This document shows, in pieces, positions 1-13,090 of a DNA stretch of 57,239 bases. Origin of the DNA: Chromera velia (Eukaryota). The notes beneath the pieces were generated by a model that searched no databases, was not told the DNA's origin, and was given only the letters and a program-made list of their open reading frames with translations. Location: the NCBI GenBank assembly GCA_018398765.1, contig JAHBMJ010000094.1, forward strand, positions 1-57,239, read 5' to 3'. Numbering within the stretch: position 1 is the stretch's first letter; each line of letters starts with the position of its first letter. The translations under genes and the position numbers were made by a program.

Positions 1-50
1 AGAAAGAAAGAAAGAAACAAAGAAAAAAAGAAACAAAGAAAAAAAGAAAC

Positions 51-133
<83 letters not shown>

Positions 134-175
134 GAAAGAAAGAAAGAAAGACAGGAAGAAAGAAAGAAAGAAACA

Positions 176-210
<35 letters not shown>

Positions 211-305
211 GAAGAAAGAAAGAAACAAAGAAAGAAAGAAACAAAGAAAGAAAGAAACAAAGAAAGAAAGAAACAAAGAAAGAAAGAAACAAAGAAACAA
301 AGAAA

Positions 306-373
<68 letters not shown>

Positions 374-462
374 GAAAGACAGACAGAAAGAAAGAAACAA
401 AGAAAAAAAGAAACAAAGAAAGAAAGAAAGAAACAAAGAAACAAAGAAAAAAAGAAAGAAAC

Positions 463-493
<31 letters not shown>

Positions 494-514
494 GAAACAA
501 AGAAAGAAAGAAAA

Positions 515-593
<79 letters not shown>

Positions 594-617
594 GAAACAA
601 AGAAAGAAAGAAAGACA

Positions 618-653
<36 letters not shown>

Positions 654-775
654 GACAGAAAGAAAGAAACAAAGAAAGAAAGAAAGACAGAAAGAAAGAA
701 AGAAACAAAGAAAGAAAGAAACAAAGAAACAAAGAAACAAAGAAAGAAAGAAACAAAGAAAGAAAGAAACAAGGA

Positions 776-812
<37 letters not shown>
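1..812. repeat. Compound (GAAA/CAAA)n microsatellite, probably inside a PrpD intron
   Basis: About 810 nt of agaaagaaag/aaacaaag units; continues past the window start. Confidence 0.97.
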
Positions 813-815
<3 letters not shown>

Positions 816-1040
816 CTGCATGAAGTTTCACTCCAAAGCAGATGGCAGGCCTGCATGTCGCCATGCGACCCCGTTGGAAGCTGTTACAAAAACCATCTTG
901 CAGGCAGGTGGATGCACCAGCTTACAAGAACCGAAAGCCCATGACATCCTGAAGACATGTACAAAAAACAGCGGAGGAAGCGAAATGGCATAAACAGATG
1001 TGCAGGACGCAAACAAATACCGAGAGACCCTCCTACCGAC

Positions 1041-4000
1041 CCATCTGAAGATTGCCTCAGGGTTGCGGAAGATGTCCTTAGGGCCGATGAATCCCTTCAT
1101 GGCTGCACGCAGCATCGCATCATCGGAGGAGGAGAGGGGACAAAGAATCAGAACGAGGAATCTGAAATACAAGTGAGTGTATTGATTGCTTGCGAATCTT
1201 CAAGATATACGCCCGCTCTCCATATCGCCCTTCCACCCTTTTTTTCTGAAAGACGATCGAGAGAGATGTTCTCGAACGACCAGCTTCTCTTCCTCTCTCT
1301 CCCCCCCCCCGCTCCTTTCTCGTTCTGCCTTCTCACTGCCTCCGCTGCCTTACTTTGGCTGACCTCTCTTCATGGAGAGAACTGCGACCTCAGAGGAGAT
1401 GGCGGCAGACGCTCCCTTGGAGTCGCTGGACGCACACACACACACACACAGAGAGGGGGGGGGGGGTTTCTTGCATACCCTCCTTGATGCAAATGCACGC
1501 TGTGACACGCGGCCTCACACACCTCTACTTCCGCCACGAGAGGTCTGAAAGGAACTTCAGGGAGGGCACGAAGAAGCAAAAAGAGAGGAGGAGAGCATTG
1601 AAGAAGTTCAGAAAGCCCCCGGCAAGCAAGCAAGCAAACACGGTGTGTGAGTGCACAGGGGAGGGAAGGAAACCAGTCGCCCTGCTGCACTGGAACCAAC
1701 ATCTGGATAGATAGGCTTTTGAGAAGAGAACCCTACGCTTCCACCCAACCTCTCTGGCGGCCCACCTGAGCTGCTTTCCTGCCCTAATGGCCCTCCAGGG
1801 GATGTAGTGAGCGACGCACATTCCGATTGCAGACTCGATCTGCTCAGCAGTGGCACCTGCAGAGATTGATTTTTTCATTCCATCGATCAATTTGTCAATG
1901 CACGCTTCGATAGGACCCTGAAGAAGGGGTGAGAGACAAAAAAAAAGAAGCAACAGTAGGAAGGAATCGTTCGTTCGGTCCCTTCACGGATTCATTCAAA
2001 GGAAGGAAGAGACAGGCACCACGCTCACGTTTAGACACACAGACGTGCGCAGGCAGACATGAAGAACGAGGGTTGGAAGGAGACAAAGAAATGGACTTTT
2101 ACTGTGAAGAGAAAGAGACAGACGGGAAGACGAACGATACTTGCGCCATCTCACCGGCAAGATGAGGGAGCGGAGCATGCGGGAACAGCTCTGCATTGTT
2201 CTGAAGAAAAAATCAAAGTGCGTGAGAGAGAGTCTGTTTGTCTTTGTACAAGGTAAAGAGAGACAGATCTTTCTGCATCATCACAATCCGCAGTCTTTGT
2301 ATGCTCGTTCAAAAACTCGTTCTACTGCCAAAGATTCTGCCTGCCTGCCTCACCAACCCATCAGGGCCCCGTACACTGCGGCAGAGGCGATGGCGCCATG
2401 CACAACGTGGTCGATCTTGTAGGACTTCAGAGAGAAGACCTCAGCCAGTCTCCCTCTGATCTCGTCACTCACAATCATGGCAAGAAGGGCCTTCCTGGGC
2501 AGGCAGACGGGGGCAGAGAAGAGACAGAAGAGAGGAGAGTGGGGGGGGAGCTGAGATGCAGCCATGCATCGATAGAGTCATATGAGCACACACACGCACA
2601 GCGAGAGGAGGAAGGGGAGAGAAATGGAGAAAAACGCACAAGACTCACACAGACCTTCCACAACTTCTTTCCAGCTGACATGATCTCTATCAACCCCTCA
2701 CCCTCTCCATTTCCTTCTTTACAGGACTCACTCACTCACTCACTTGCCGTCAATTGAGTGGTCTCCCCTCGCCTGAGCGGCAGCGACGACCACTGGGTAG
2801 AAGTCGTTGTGTCCGAATTCTCCGGCCTGCAAGCAAGCAAGGACAATTTTGGCGTATGTCTTTTTTGCTTCTCTCTGCTCCTTTTGGGTTCTACGAGATT
2901 CGCACAAAGAGGGAAGCGGTCGGTAGAGAGATCAACGTCCCGAAAGAAAGACAAGAAAAACGGCAAAAGAAAAACGGCCACCAAAACAAAGAAACTACCA
3001 AAACCACGAATAACGAAATGAATAAACAAAGAAACAGACAAACAAGCAAATAGACAACCAAGCAAGCAAACAAGTAAACAGACAAACAAGCACGCAAACA
3101 AGTAAACAGACAAACAAGCAAACAGACAAACAAGCAAGTGAACAAGCAAACAGACAAACAAGCAAACAGACAAACAAGTAAACAGACAAACAAGTAAACA
3201 GACAAACAAGCAAACAGACAAAGAAACAGACAAACAAGCAAATCGACAACCAAGCAAGCAAACAAGTAAACAGACAAACAAGTAAACAGACAAACAAGTA
3301 AACAGACAAACAAGCAAACAGACAAACAAGCAAGCAAACAAGTAAACAGACAAACAAGCAAACAGACAAACAAGCAAACAGACAAACAAGTAAACAGACA
3401 AACAAGCAAACAGACAAACAAGCACGCAAACAAGTAAACAGACAAACAAGTAAACAGACAAACAAGTAAACAGACAAACAAGTAAACAGACAAACAAGTA
3501 AACAGACAAACAAGCAAACAGACAAACAAGCAAACAGACAAACAAGCAAGCAAACAAGTAAACAGACAAACAAGCAAACAGACAAACAAGCAAACAGACA
3601 AATAAGTAAACAGACAAATAAGTAAACAGACAAACAAGTAAACAGACAAACAAGCAAACAGACAAATAAGTAAACAGACAAACAAGTAAACAGACAAACA
3701 AGCAAACAGACAAAGAAACAGACAAACAAGTAAACAAACAAACAAACCTGGTGTCCCGGTGTCCCCGCACGGTACCCGAAGACAGTCCCGTTGGAGTCCC
3801 ACTCGCGGACTGCGGAGGCGTTCGCAGCGACAGCCTGCAAGCCAACGACAGAACAAAGCAGCAAAGAATTAGTCTTCCTTTGACGTCCTGTTGAAGTGAC
3901 GGTATCCTTTGTGTGAAAGAGAACCAAAAAAGGAGCGGACAGGGAGCTGCGTGTGTGCGAGGGTGTGTATGTCGACATCCGGACTTCTCAAAAGGAAAGC

Positions 4001-5419
4001 CGATAACTGTCCGTCAACAGAGAGCAGCATGGAGAGAGAGTGAAACCGCCGTTGACTGCCCGATACCGGTGCGCTCTAGGAGAGTATGCTTTCAGAACAA
4101 ACGGGAGGCAACAGGGTAGGCCGATCAAGAAGAAGAGCCAGCGTGCAGTCCATCAACAAATAAAAAACAACAAAAAGATCCAGACAAAAACGTAGAAAAC
4201 GAACCTTCTCGGGTGCGCACTTCTTCAGGCTTCCGAACACACAGGCACCCTTCCTGAAAAGACGATTGAAGACCCAGAAGCCAAATTCACGATTCATGAC
4301 TGGAAAGTAAATAGACGTGATCTCTCACAGACCACGCAAAAGCAGATCGCTACCCTCAGCGGGGCAGGATGGAACACACACAGGCAGGCATGCGAACACG
4401 CCGCTAGGAAAATTCTGGACAGACAGCTGGAAAAGGAAAAAGAAAGAGGTGGCAGGCAGAGGAGAACAGCGGGACCCGAAAGGAGCGTGTAGGAACAGAA
4501 AAGAACAGAACAGCGACACCCCATGTCCTCATGGACCCATCACAGTCCCCCTCCCTCCCTCCTTCCCCACATGAATGGGCACGAAGACACGTATTTCGAC
4601 ACTCTATCCACAAAAAGGGGACAGCCCTCGACGCGAATGAACTCACTCCTCTGCACACAAACACAAACGGGGGGGGGAGGGGGGGAGGAAAAAACGTTCA
4701 AAGGGATTGTTGTAAAATGGCAGAGATAAGTCACCACCACACTCGCGCCTTGCTATATTTCAGCGACAGAGAGGCAGAAGAGAACAAACCGTATTGAAAA
4801 GAAAAGGTAGCTGGAAAGGAATAAAGGACAACACTATGAAAGAGCACGACTGTTGAGAATGCCTCCGGGAGAAAATAATGTGCACTGCTCACAGTGAAGG
4901 GCAGTGGGAAAAGCAAGACAAGAACTAAGCAGAAATAAAATTATCGACCGGTGCAGGCAAAAGAATCAAAAAGAAAAAGAAAAGAAAAACTGACGAGGGT
5001 ATTCGAGAGCCTCTGCTCTCAGGAGGGTGGGCGCGTTCGTTTTCAGAGAGAGGGCGGAGATCCCACACATAACGCTGTCTGTGTGGAACTGGGTCACCTT
5101 CTCGTACACGGACTTGTCGATATTGTCACCGTATCTGAATGCCAATAAACAATCAAGAAGAAAGGGGGGAGTGTAAGCAATCGAGGAGACGGGAGTATCA
5201 AAACAAACAACCGATTGCAAGAACGAAGTTGGTGGAGAAATCAAAGACTGACTTCCCGCTGAGCATATCGATGGCATACTGCCCAATTCCAAGGGCCTGG
5301 TTTGAGTCCCTGGTCAGTGTGACGGCAGAGGCTGATGAGAAAGACCGGAAAGACGAAGTGGCAAGGGGCCGCATCAACGCGCGCCACCTACCACTGTTGC
5401 TCATCATCACAGCTCTCAT
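1041..5419 (-). CDS. prpD: MmgE/PrpD-family 2-methylcitrate dehydratase, probably mitochondrial; 3' part lies outside the window
   Basis: Exons 5419-5253, 5134-4995, 4650-4647 (4-nt microexon), 4253-4205, 3834-3748, 2826-2744, 2494-2358, 1856-1766, 1425-1364, 1102-1041 join in frame with GT..AG ends. Product contains ANASAVREWDSNGTVFGY, GEFGHNDFYPVV, EIRGRLAEVFSLKSYKIDHVVHGAIASA, IRAGKQLSDSKGASAA and GFIGPKDIFRNPEAIF, recognised as PrpD-like. The N-terminus is Arg/Ser-rich and acid-free (MRAVMMSNSGRWRALMRPLATSSFRSFSS). Confidence 0.85.
3025..3746. repeat. Intronic minisatellite, ~16-bp unit AAACAGACAAACAAG(C/T)
   Basis: Roughly 40 near-identical units between PrpD exons 3748 and 2826; the source of the spurious CLFVCLL ORFs. 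Confidence 0.95.
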
Positions 5420-6012
5420 TTTGGGAAGAGGAAATCCCCGCAGCACGAAAAGCTCTCAAGAAGAAAAAACGGCTTCAGTGGCTCTCTCCTAGCACGTCAA
5501 GAGAAGGAGCGAGTCAGGGTTGAATGACAACGAGGTCTTGGTTCACCTGCATGGCGAAGAAGCGGTTCACAATTAAGAGTGCTGTGACGCCATTTGTGCA
5601 AACTTTTTGTGCACGCAACCGATTTTGGGAACCGGCTCTGCCATGCACATGCAGGCCGCGGGACCGCGGCCGCAGGCGTCCCGGTCCCGGCCCATGCATC
5701 CCGGCCGCTCAGTATATAGTGTTGTTCAGTTCGAGACGGACTAAGGCCACGTCTCCGATCAGACTCTCCTTCCGCATCCTTCCACTGAGCCGTGCAACTT
5801 TCATGCAAGTGCGAACTCGTCAAGGTAGCGCGAAATGACGCTGTTCCCCTGTCTGGCCCATTGTGTGTCTCTTTTGCTTCTTCGGGACGCACAAACGTGC
5901 TCGTAAGGTAAAGGTGACGGAGACGTCGTCTCGTTCTGTTGTTCTGCATGCGTGCAAAATGAGGTGTTCACTCTCTTCATTGCTGAGCTAGTGACGGGTG
6001 ATTGGGGGTCCA
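5420..6012. promoter_or_regulatory. Putative bidirectional promoter/5'UTRs (PrpD / NusG-like)
   Basis: 593 bp between divergent ATGs; GC-rich core ~5650-5710 (ggccgcgggaccgcggccgc), several ATGCAT/TGCATG motifs, and GCGCGAAA near 5828. Confidence 0.6.
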
Positions 6013-7564
6013 ATGGCAAGACTGCTGTCTGCCGGCATGACCCTTCTGGTTGGTGTCTGTGGTTTTCTCTTCTTTGTTCACACAAGCGCATTTGTGGTGA
6101 ACGGAAGATTGCGCAGCAGAAGAAGAAGGGCATCGCCGAGCAGTCCGACCCAACTGTCTGGTTGGCATGGCTACTTTGCAAACAAGAACGTCGTGCTTCC
6201 ACCCGAGGTCGATTACAAAGATCTCGAATTTCCGGGGTCCGATGATGACCACTACTGGTACATGGTGAACATCAACTTGCGGTATCTCCCCGAAGACTTT
6301 TGGTCCGTCTCCTTCTGACTGTCTCTGCCTGCTTACCTGCGTGCATGCCCGCTTTCTCTCGCTTCATCCATCTCTCCGTCCTTTCGGATTGCCGGTCTCC
6401 CTCCTTTTTGTCTGAAATCCCACGAATAATTCCCAGAAACTTCTTTCGGTCTTCGTGCCCCCCCCTTCTCTCCCCCTGCAATGATGCTCTTTCGCCTATA
6501 CACGACGCTTCACTTCTCCTTGTCTCAGCTCCTATTTGAACTGGGGCGCCCTTTGAGGACCTCAAAGAGTTGTCCAGAAGCATCCTTTCACGTCTCTCTC
6601 TCTCTCTCTCTCCCCCCCTCTCTCTCTGAGAGTTGAATGGCTACAGCTTGACTTGTACCTGTTCCTCTTCAGCCGAAGTTCACAATTTTTCTTTTGCTTC
6701 TTGCCTGCTTTCATCCTGCCTGCTTGCCCCTCCTTTTGTTCCCCCCCATCATCCCTCCTGAACGCCCTCTTCACTTCCACCCTCATGCAGGGATGAGATC
6801 AAGAGCGTGATGGAGGACACCGGAAATGAAGGAAAGGTGGTGGACATGTGGGTGCCCAGGTTGGTCCTCTCCTCAGGCAGGGAAGGGAAGGGCAGGGTCA
6901 TAGAGCGGTAGGCAGTTAGGAAGACATGCAGTTAGTCAATAAATCAGTTAGAGGAGCAGGCATCTAGCTGAGAAGAGTTTTCCAGGGAGACTGAGTGACC
7001 TGCCGACTGAATGAACTTCTGGCTCCCTATGACAGTTCAATAAGGTGACTCGACTCATTGACATATCGAGGGATCCGTCCTTCCTCTTTTGTCCTTTCTG
7101 CTATGTTTCTCTCTCATTTTCTCTTTTTTTCTTCGGAAACAGCCCGCATGGATGGATGGATGGATGCTTGCAGGTACTACGAGAGGTCGTACAAGGGACC
7201 CGGGGGAAAACCGCTGCTGAGAGAGAAGACCCTCACTCCCGGAATTGTCAGTCACTCAGTCAGACAGTCTAGATGCGTGCAAAGAAGGGAAGCTGTCAGT
7301 CACTCAGTTCGTCAGTGAGGCGGCATATTTGACTTTTGCCACGTGAGAAGTCGAATGAATGATTGGGATGGACAGGTGTGGGTGATCCGGGCGAGGAAGG
7401 ACAGGCGGCCGATACGTCCAGCGGAGATCTCGAACATGCATTCCGCATGCACACATACATACATACATACATACATGAAGATGTGGAGAGACCCACAGGC
7501 GGTTATGCTTCCTCCCACGCACACGCAGTCTCTCTCTCTCTCACACACACCACACCACACCACA

Positions 7565-7615
<51 letters not shown>

Positions 7616-8008
7616 CAGGAATGGCGGGACAATCCTAGAGGCATACAGCCAGTGACACGGGCAGAGACACAGAAGCACATTCGGCCTTCTCTTCCCTACC
7701 CCTGTCGCTCCGTTGTCCATCGTGAGTGCCCGTACGGCTGTATGCAGATCTTTGTCAAAATGAGACTCGACAAGAAGCTCTGGTGGGCAATGAGGCCGAT
7801 GCAAAGCTTTGCGGTCAGTCAATGTGTGTACACAGTCGTGCCTCTTTCTTTTCCTCTGAAAAGCGTCGTTCCGTCTCACCATCTTGCCTCGTTCTTATCG
7901 CGGTTTTTTCTTTTTCTGTTTTTCATCCTTGCTTCATTCACTCTTAAAAGAAAAAAATGGTCCGATGCATTTGTCCCGTCTCGTGGTCTCTCTCTCTCTC
8001 TCTCTCTG

Positions 8009-8061
<53 letters not shown>

Positions 8062-8124
8062 CTCTATGTCTGTCTATGTGTTTGTGTTTGTGTCTGTGTC
8101 CGTGTGCCTGTGTTTGTCTGTGTG

Positions 8125-8159
<35 letters not shown>

Positions 8160-9925
8160 CGTTCTCTCTCTGTCTCTCTCCCTCTCTCTCTTCTGTGTGA
8201 GTGAGAGTGAGGCTGGTTCTTTCTTGTTTTCGATGGTCGTCTTCCCTCGTTCCTCACTTCTTTGTTACTACTCTTTTCGTTTGTGGGGGCTATCTCGTAT
8301 CTCTTGTATCTCCTGCCCCAGCCCTGTTTGTCTCACGCCCTCCTCCCTTCCTCTTCCTTCATCATGCGCCTCTTCTCTTCTCTTCCTGCAGTGCTGGGTC
8401 GAATCCACAGTGGTCAGGAAACACTACGTTCCGGATTACAGGTACGGAGGGAGCAGGGGTGACTCGGTTGTGCGACAGTCAAAAGAAGGGGAAGGGGCAC
8501 GCGACGGGCGAGGAGAGCAGAGAGCACGAAGAAAAAAAGAAAAAACAGAGCGGAGAAAAGGAACGAAAGGCGTCCTTGGTGGCCAGCCGTTGGAAGAAGT
8601 TGAGATACAGATCTTCGAATAATGAAAGAAAGCAGCCGTTGCAACGACCAGGAACGAACTTTTCTGCATATACTTTGACGGTCGGATGTGTGGAAATAAT
8701 ACAGATCATACATGGGCCTCAATTAATTCATTGTTTTTTCTCTTAATTCTCTCTGCAGCCGAGACAACCGAAAGCAGACCCTGGCCATGGACGTCCCGAT
8801 CATCAAGGGGGGCGGGCCCCCAGATGTCGATGACGTCACCCCCGAAATCCTGGCTAAGTGGCACGCCGAGAGAAACAAACATCCCGACTGGGATGGGGGG
8901 AACGTTGAGAACTGGGAAAGGCCGAGCTACAAAGTCCTCAGAAGCGCCAGTGAAACAGGGGAACTGGACCTGAGGGATAAGCACCTGAGGGATAAGAGAA
9001 AGGCAAGCAGCAAGGAGGGAGGACGGGGAGGGAGGGGAGGGGCGCATAGACGCACGAGATGAGAAAACAAAAGTGCATTCAGAGCTGTTTGTCGGTTCAT
9101 TGTTATTGCTTGGCTTCCCTTTTCTTGTCTTCTCTGTGCTCTGCTCTGCTGTGTGCTTGCTTCTTGACTTTGTGATTCGTTGCAGCCCTCTGGACTTGTT
9201 TTGTCGGTTGTGGCTCTTTCTTTCTTTTATTTCTGGCTCCCTGCCTGCCTATGTGTTGTTGGACCCTGAACCGTGTGTATGCAGTTGGAAGATGAAGCCA
9301 AGAAAGCAGAGGAGGCGACAGGAGAAGAGCCCAGAGAAGAGGAACGAACCGAGGAGGAAGAAAATGCCGTGCAAGGAGGGGGCCTTGATGACATTCCTTC
9401 TCCTTCTTCAATGACAGGCCTCCTGGAGACCATCCGCAAAGGCGGGAGGAGGGGAAGTGTGACAGAGGTGGACACTATGATGATGCAACAGGAACAGGAC
9501 GAAGACGAGGGAGAAGAAGAAGCGGAAGAGGAAGGAACAGAGAGAACTGAAAGCGCGACAGCAGAGAGGAGTTCCGAGTTCCTTCTTGAGGGGGGGGAGA
9601 GGAGGGCAGCAGAACAAGAGCCAGAAAAGGGGCCCTGGAACGATCCCCCCTACAATCAACTGGACAGGCGACCTCGAGTCATCGATATTGACAGTCAGTC
9701 TGTCAGCCAGTCAGTCAGTCAGCCAGTCAGACAGACAGACAGGGGGACGAAGACAGCCAATCCGACAAACAGATAGACAGACAGACGGACGGAAAGGTAG
9801 GCAGGCAGACAGTCAGACAGACAGATATGGTCATGTGTATGTGCCCGCTTCCAACTCAACGGCATGCTGCTCCAGGTCGGGCTTTGTAAGCATGTGTGCG
9901 TGCGTGCGTGCGTGTGTGTGTATGT

Positions 9926-9989
<64 letters not shown>

Positions 9990-12485
9990 AACGGTGCAGC
10001 CCCCCCTGATCAGAGAAAGGAGCTGAAGCCAGGCCAGTGGGTGCGAGTCTTGAAGGCCCCAGAGGACATGCAGGACAAAGTCGGGGTGATCGGAATTGTT
10101 GCTTCAATTAGCAACTCAAATGCATTCGTCAGTCAGTCAGTCAGTCCTATCTCTCTCTCTCTCTCTCTCTCTCTCCTCATTTTCATTCACTCATTTATTC
10201 TCTTCAAAACATCGTTGTCGCCCCTTCCCCTCCTGTCTTCTTACCTCTGTATTTGCGCTTTTCTTCTGTCAAAGAAGAGAAACGTTCTGCAGCATTAAAT
10301 GGAGAAGAGATCCTGCTTCCGCATCTGTGTCCGACTTTTTGTTTTTTTTTTTGCGTGTCCTTCCTTCCCTCCTCTCAGGTGGATGTCCCTGTGGGCCAAG
10401 GAGGGATCTACAGGACGACCGTGACATTGGACTGTAATGATGTGAGTGCATGGAGGGGGGGNGTGNNNNNNNNNNNNNNNNNNNNNNNNNNNNNNNNNNN
10501 NNNNNNNNNNNNNNNNNNNNNNNNNNNNNNNNNNNNNNNNNNNNNNNNNNNNNNNNNNNNNNNNNNNNNNNNNNNNNNNNNNNNNNNNNNNNNNNNNNNN
10601 NGGGGGGGGAGACAGAGACGGCTTGTCTGTTTGTTTGGGTGGTTGGAGTTTTGGGGGGAAGAATTGAGTTGTTCCTTCTTGTTTCGTCACTCTTTCTGTC
10701 TGTCTGTCTGTCTGTTTACCTGCCTGTCTGTCTCCGCGTTGAGTTATTTCAACTGTGTTCCACTCATCTCTTTCCTTTTTTTTGCTTTCTTCTTCCTTCC
10801 TTATTCTTGTTTCTTTTTTCATTGACGCTTTCTTGGTCTTTTCGTCTGTCGTCAGTCCGGTTGCCCCTGCCTCCCTGTATATAGTTGCATGATGGATCGT
10901 TCCACATTTCTTTTGATTCTCTCCAAGAAAGAGCCTTCCTCCGTCTGGATGTTTCCACCATCCCATTCTTCCCTCTGAATTTCCTGTCGCTCTTTCAGCT
11001 CCTTTCTTTCTATCAACATTCATACTTGCATGCATCCATGCATGCAGCTCGAGGTGCTCGATCGATCTCAAGTCCCGGAGAGTGTGCAGTCCGACCTTTT
11101 GGTCAGTCTTTTATTGTGCACAGTCTCTTCTTGCCTTTCCTGGCACTTCTTTTTGTCATCGCGTCTCTTTCCTCTGTCGATCTGGACGCGTCATGGAAAA
11201 ACGTGACCGAAATCAAGAGGGCGGAATGCTGTTCCTGTTTCAGAGTGCAGATCTCCAAAGACGCAGCACCGTATTTATTGCATAGACAAAGGTGGGGGTT
11301 GTTTTTGTTCAATCGCTCGTGCCTTTTCTTTCCTGTCTTTCCCCCCTCATTTTTGTTTCGTTTGCCAATCTCTTCTTTTTCCACATTCTCTTTGTTCCTC
11401 TTCCCTTTCGTTCCTTCCTTCTTTCCTTCCTTCCTGGCATGATATTCATATCTGCAGACTTACTGCGTAGAGCACAAGAAGGTGACGACGATCTCGAAGT
11501 ACATGAGGGAAGCCATGGGTCCTCAGAACTTTCGATCTCTCAGCTTCAAGTCAGTCAGTCAGTCAGTGGGCCTGCCTGTGGACGCAAGTAACCAACTGAC
11601 GCTCCTTGGATGGGTGGAATGTTTTGTTTGGACATCCAGCTCGGATCCCTTTGTTTTTTTCTTCAAGTGACTGCTCATGTGACAGGACATGCAGGGAGAC
11701 ACGGTGGAGAGAAGGCCCCCCCCATATGCTGCACAATGGTAGAGAAGGGAAAAGTAAAGAACAGAACCCGCCTAGCTGTCCTTCACGTGTACATCGATAT
11801 GTGCGTGTGAAAACATTTCTCTGCTGTGTTCTTTATTTGAAAGTATTTTTCGTTCTCGCGCACATCAACCGAGAAAGTCTATGGACAATGGTTTCTTGTT
11901 TATCCGTTGGCTGCATAGCTTCTCTTTATCCTTCACAATTCCCTCTCCTTCACTCTCTCTGTGGCATTGTCTATCTGCATACACCTGTGTGTGTGTGTGT
12001 GTGTGTGTGTCTGTCTGTCTGACAAAAGACGATATATAGTCTGGCTGGCTGACTGGCTGGCTGGTCTGTCCAATTTGACAAGGAGTCCAGAGAAGGAAAG
12101 GAAAAAAAGGAAGAACATACAGTCTGTCTGTCTTGTCTGCCCCCCCCCTTTCCTGCCTGCCTGCCTGTCTCTGTGTGGACGCCAAATTTTGTCTCTGTGC
12201 AGAAAGCTGGCAAGGGCCAATGAAGCGTGGGCCCTCCAGGACAAGGGGTACATCAACCCACCAGTGAGTCGGGAAGAGAACTAGGAGACGAGACAAGGCG
12301 GGTGGGTGATCTGGCTGCTTGCCTGCCTACGTTTCTGCTCCTCTCCCTTCTTGAATGTTCCTCCCTCCCTCCAACTGGAGGGCCGAGTGCGTCGATCCTC
12401 AGAATCTCTCTCAGCTTCTTGGTCTGTCTCATTTCTTCTTGTGCGGTTGGATGAAGAGTCCAGCCAGAGCTGGTGGGCCGCAATG

Positions 12486-12542
<57 letters not shown>

Positions 12543-13049
12543 AGATATTGTTCAGCATGATGCCGCAACGGTGTCCGAGTGCCGATGAGGGTTGGCCTTC
12601 AGATTTCCTTCCCGAGTTCAGGGACGTCTTGGAAGAAGTGGCGATGAAGCAGGAGGAGCGGCTGAGGGAACATGCAGAGAGGTTGAGGAAGGAAAAGGAG
12701 AGGGCAGAGGAGAAGTTGAGAGAGGCGATGAAGAAAATGAAGGAGAGAGAGGAGGGGGGAAGAACGGACGTCGGGTTGGAGGAAGAAGATGATGAAGATG
12801 ATGAAGATGAGACCAGAAAGAGGATCGCAATTGTCAGCGATATCGCAACGGAGGTCTCAAGTCCAGCCTTCAACTTCTTTCAAGGTCGGTCTTCTGGTTT
12901 GTCGGTCTTGCTTTCCTTCTCTCTTCTTCTGCCTCCTTTTCTGCTGACCGACCAACAAACGGACCGGGAGAAACTGAGATTGCACAGAATGCAACCTGCA
13001 TCGGAAAGGATGTCAGTCGCTTTGTCCGTCCGTCCGTCCGTCCCTCCGT

Positions 13050-13090
<41 letters not shown>

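Noticed and set aside
828..1040. ORF-track continuation of PrpD to a stop at 828
   Set aside because: Family-like sequence ends at the gtcggt donor (1040) and the protein would be too short; the remaining exons are probably left of the window.
3025..3746. Regular repeat array as a possible CRISPR
   Set aside because: Tandem units with no unique spacers, no cas genes, and a eukaryotic intron context.
2736..3978. Three long minus-strand ORFs (321-369 aa) of CLFVCLL repeats
   Set aside because: They are read-throughs of a stop-free intronic minisatellite; only the short PrpD exons within them are coding.
11243..11291. Candidate extra NusG-like exon (ISKDAAPYLLHRQR)
   Set aside because: Its phase is incompatible with the neighbouring exons; 11048-11101 joins 11458 in frame without it.
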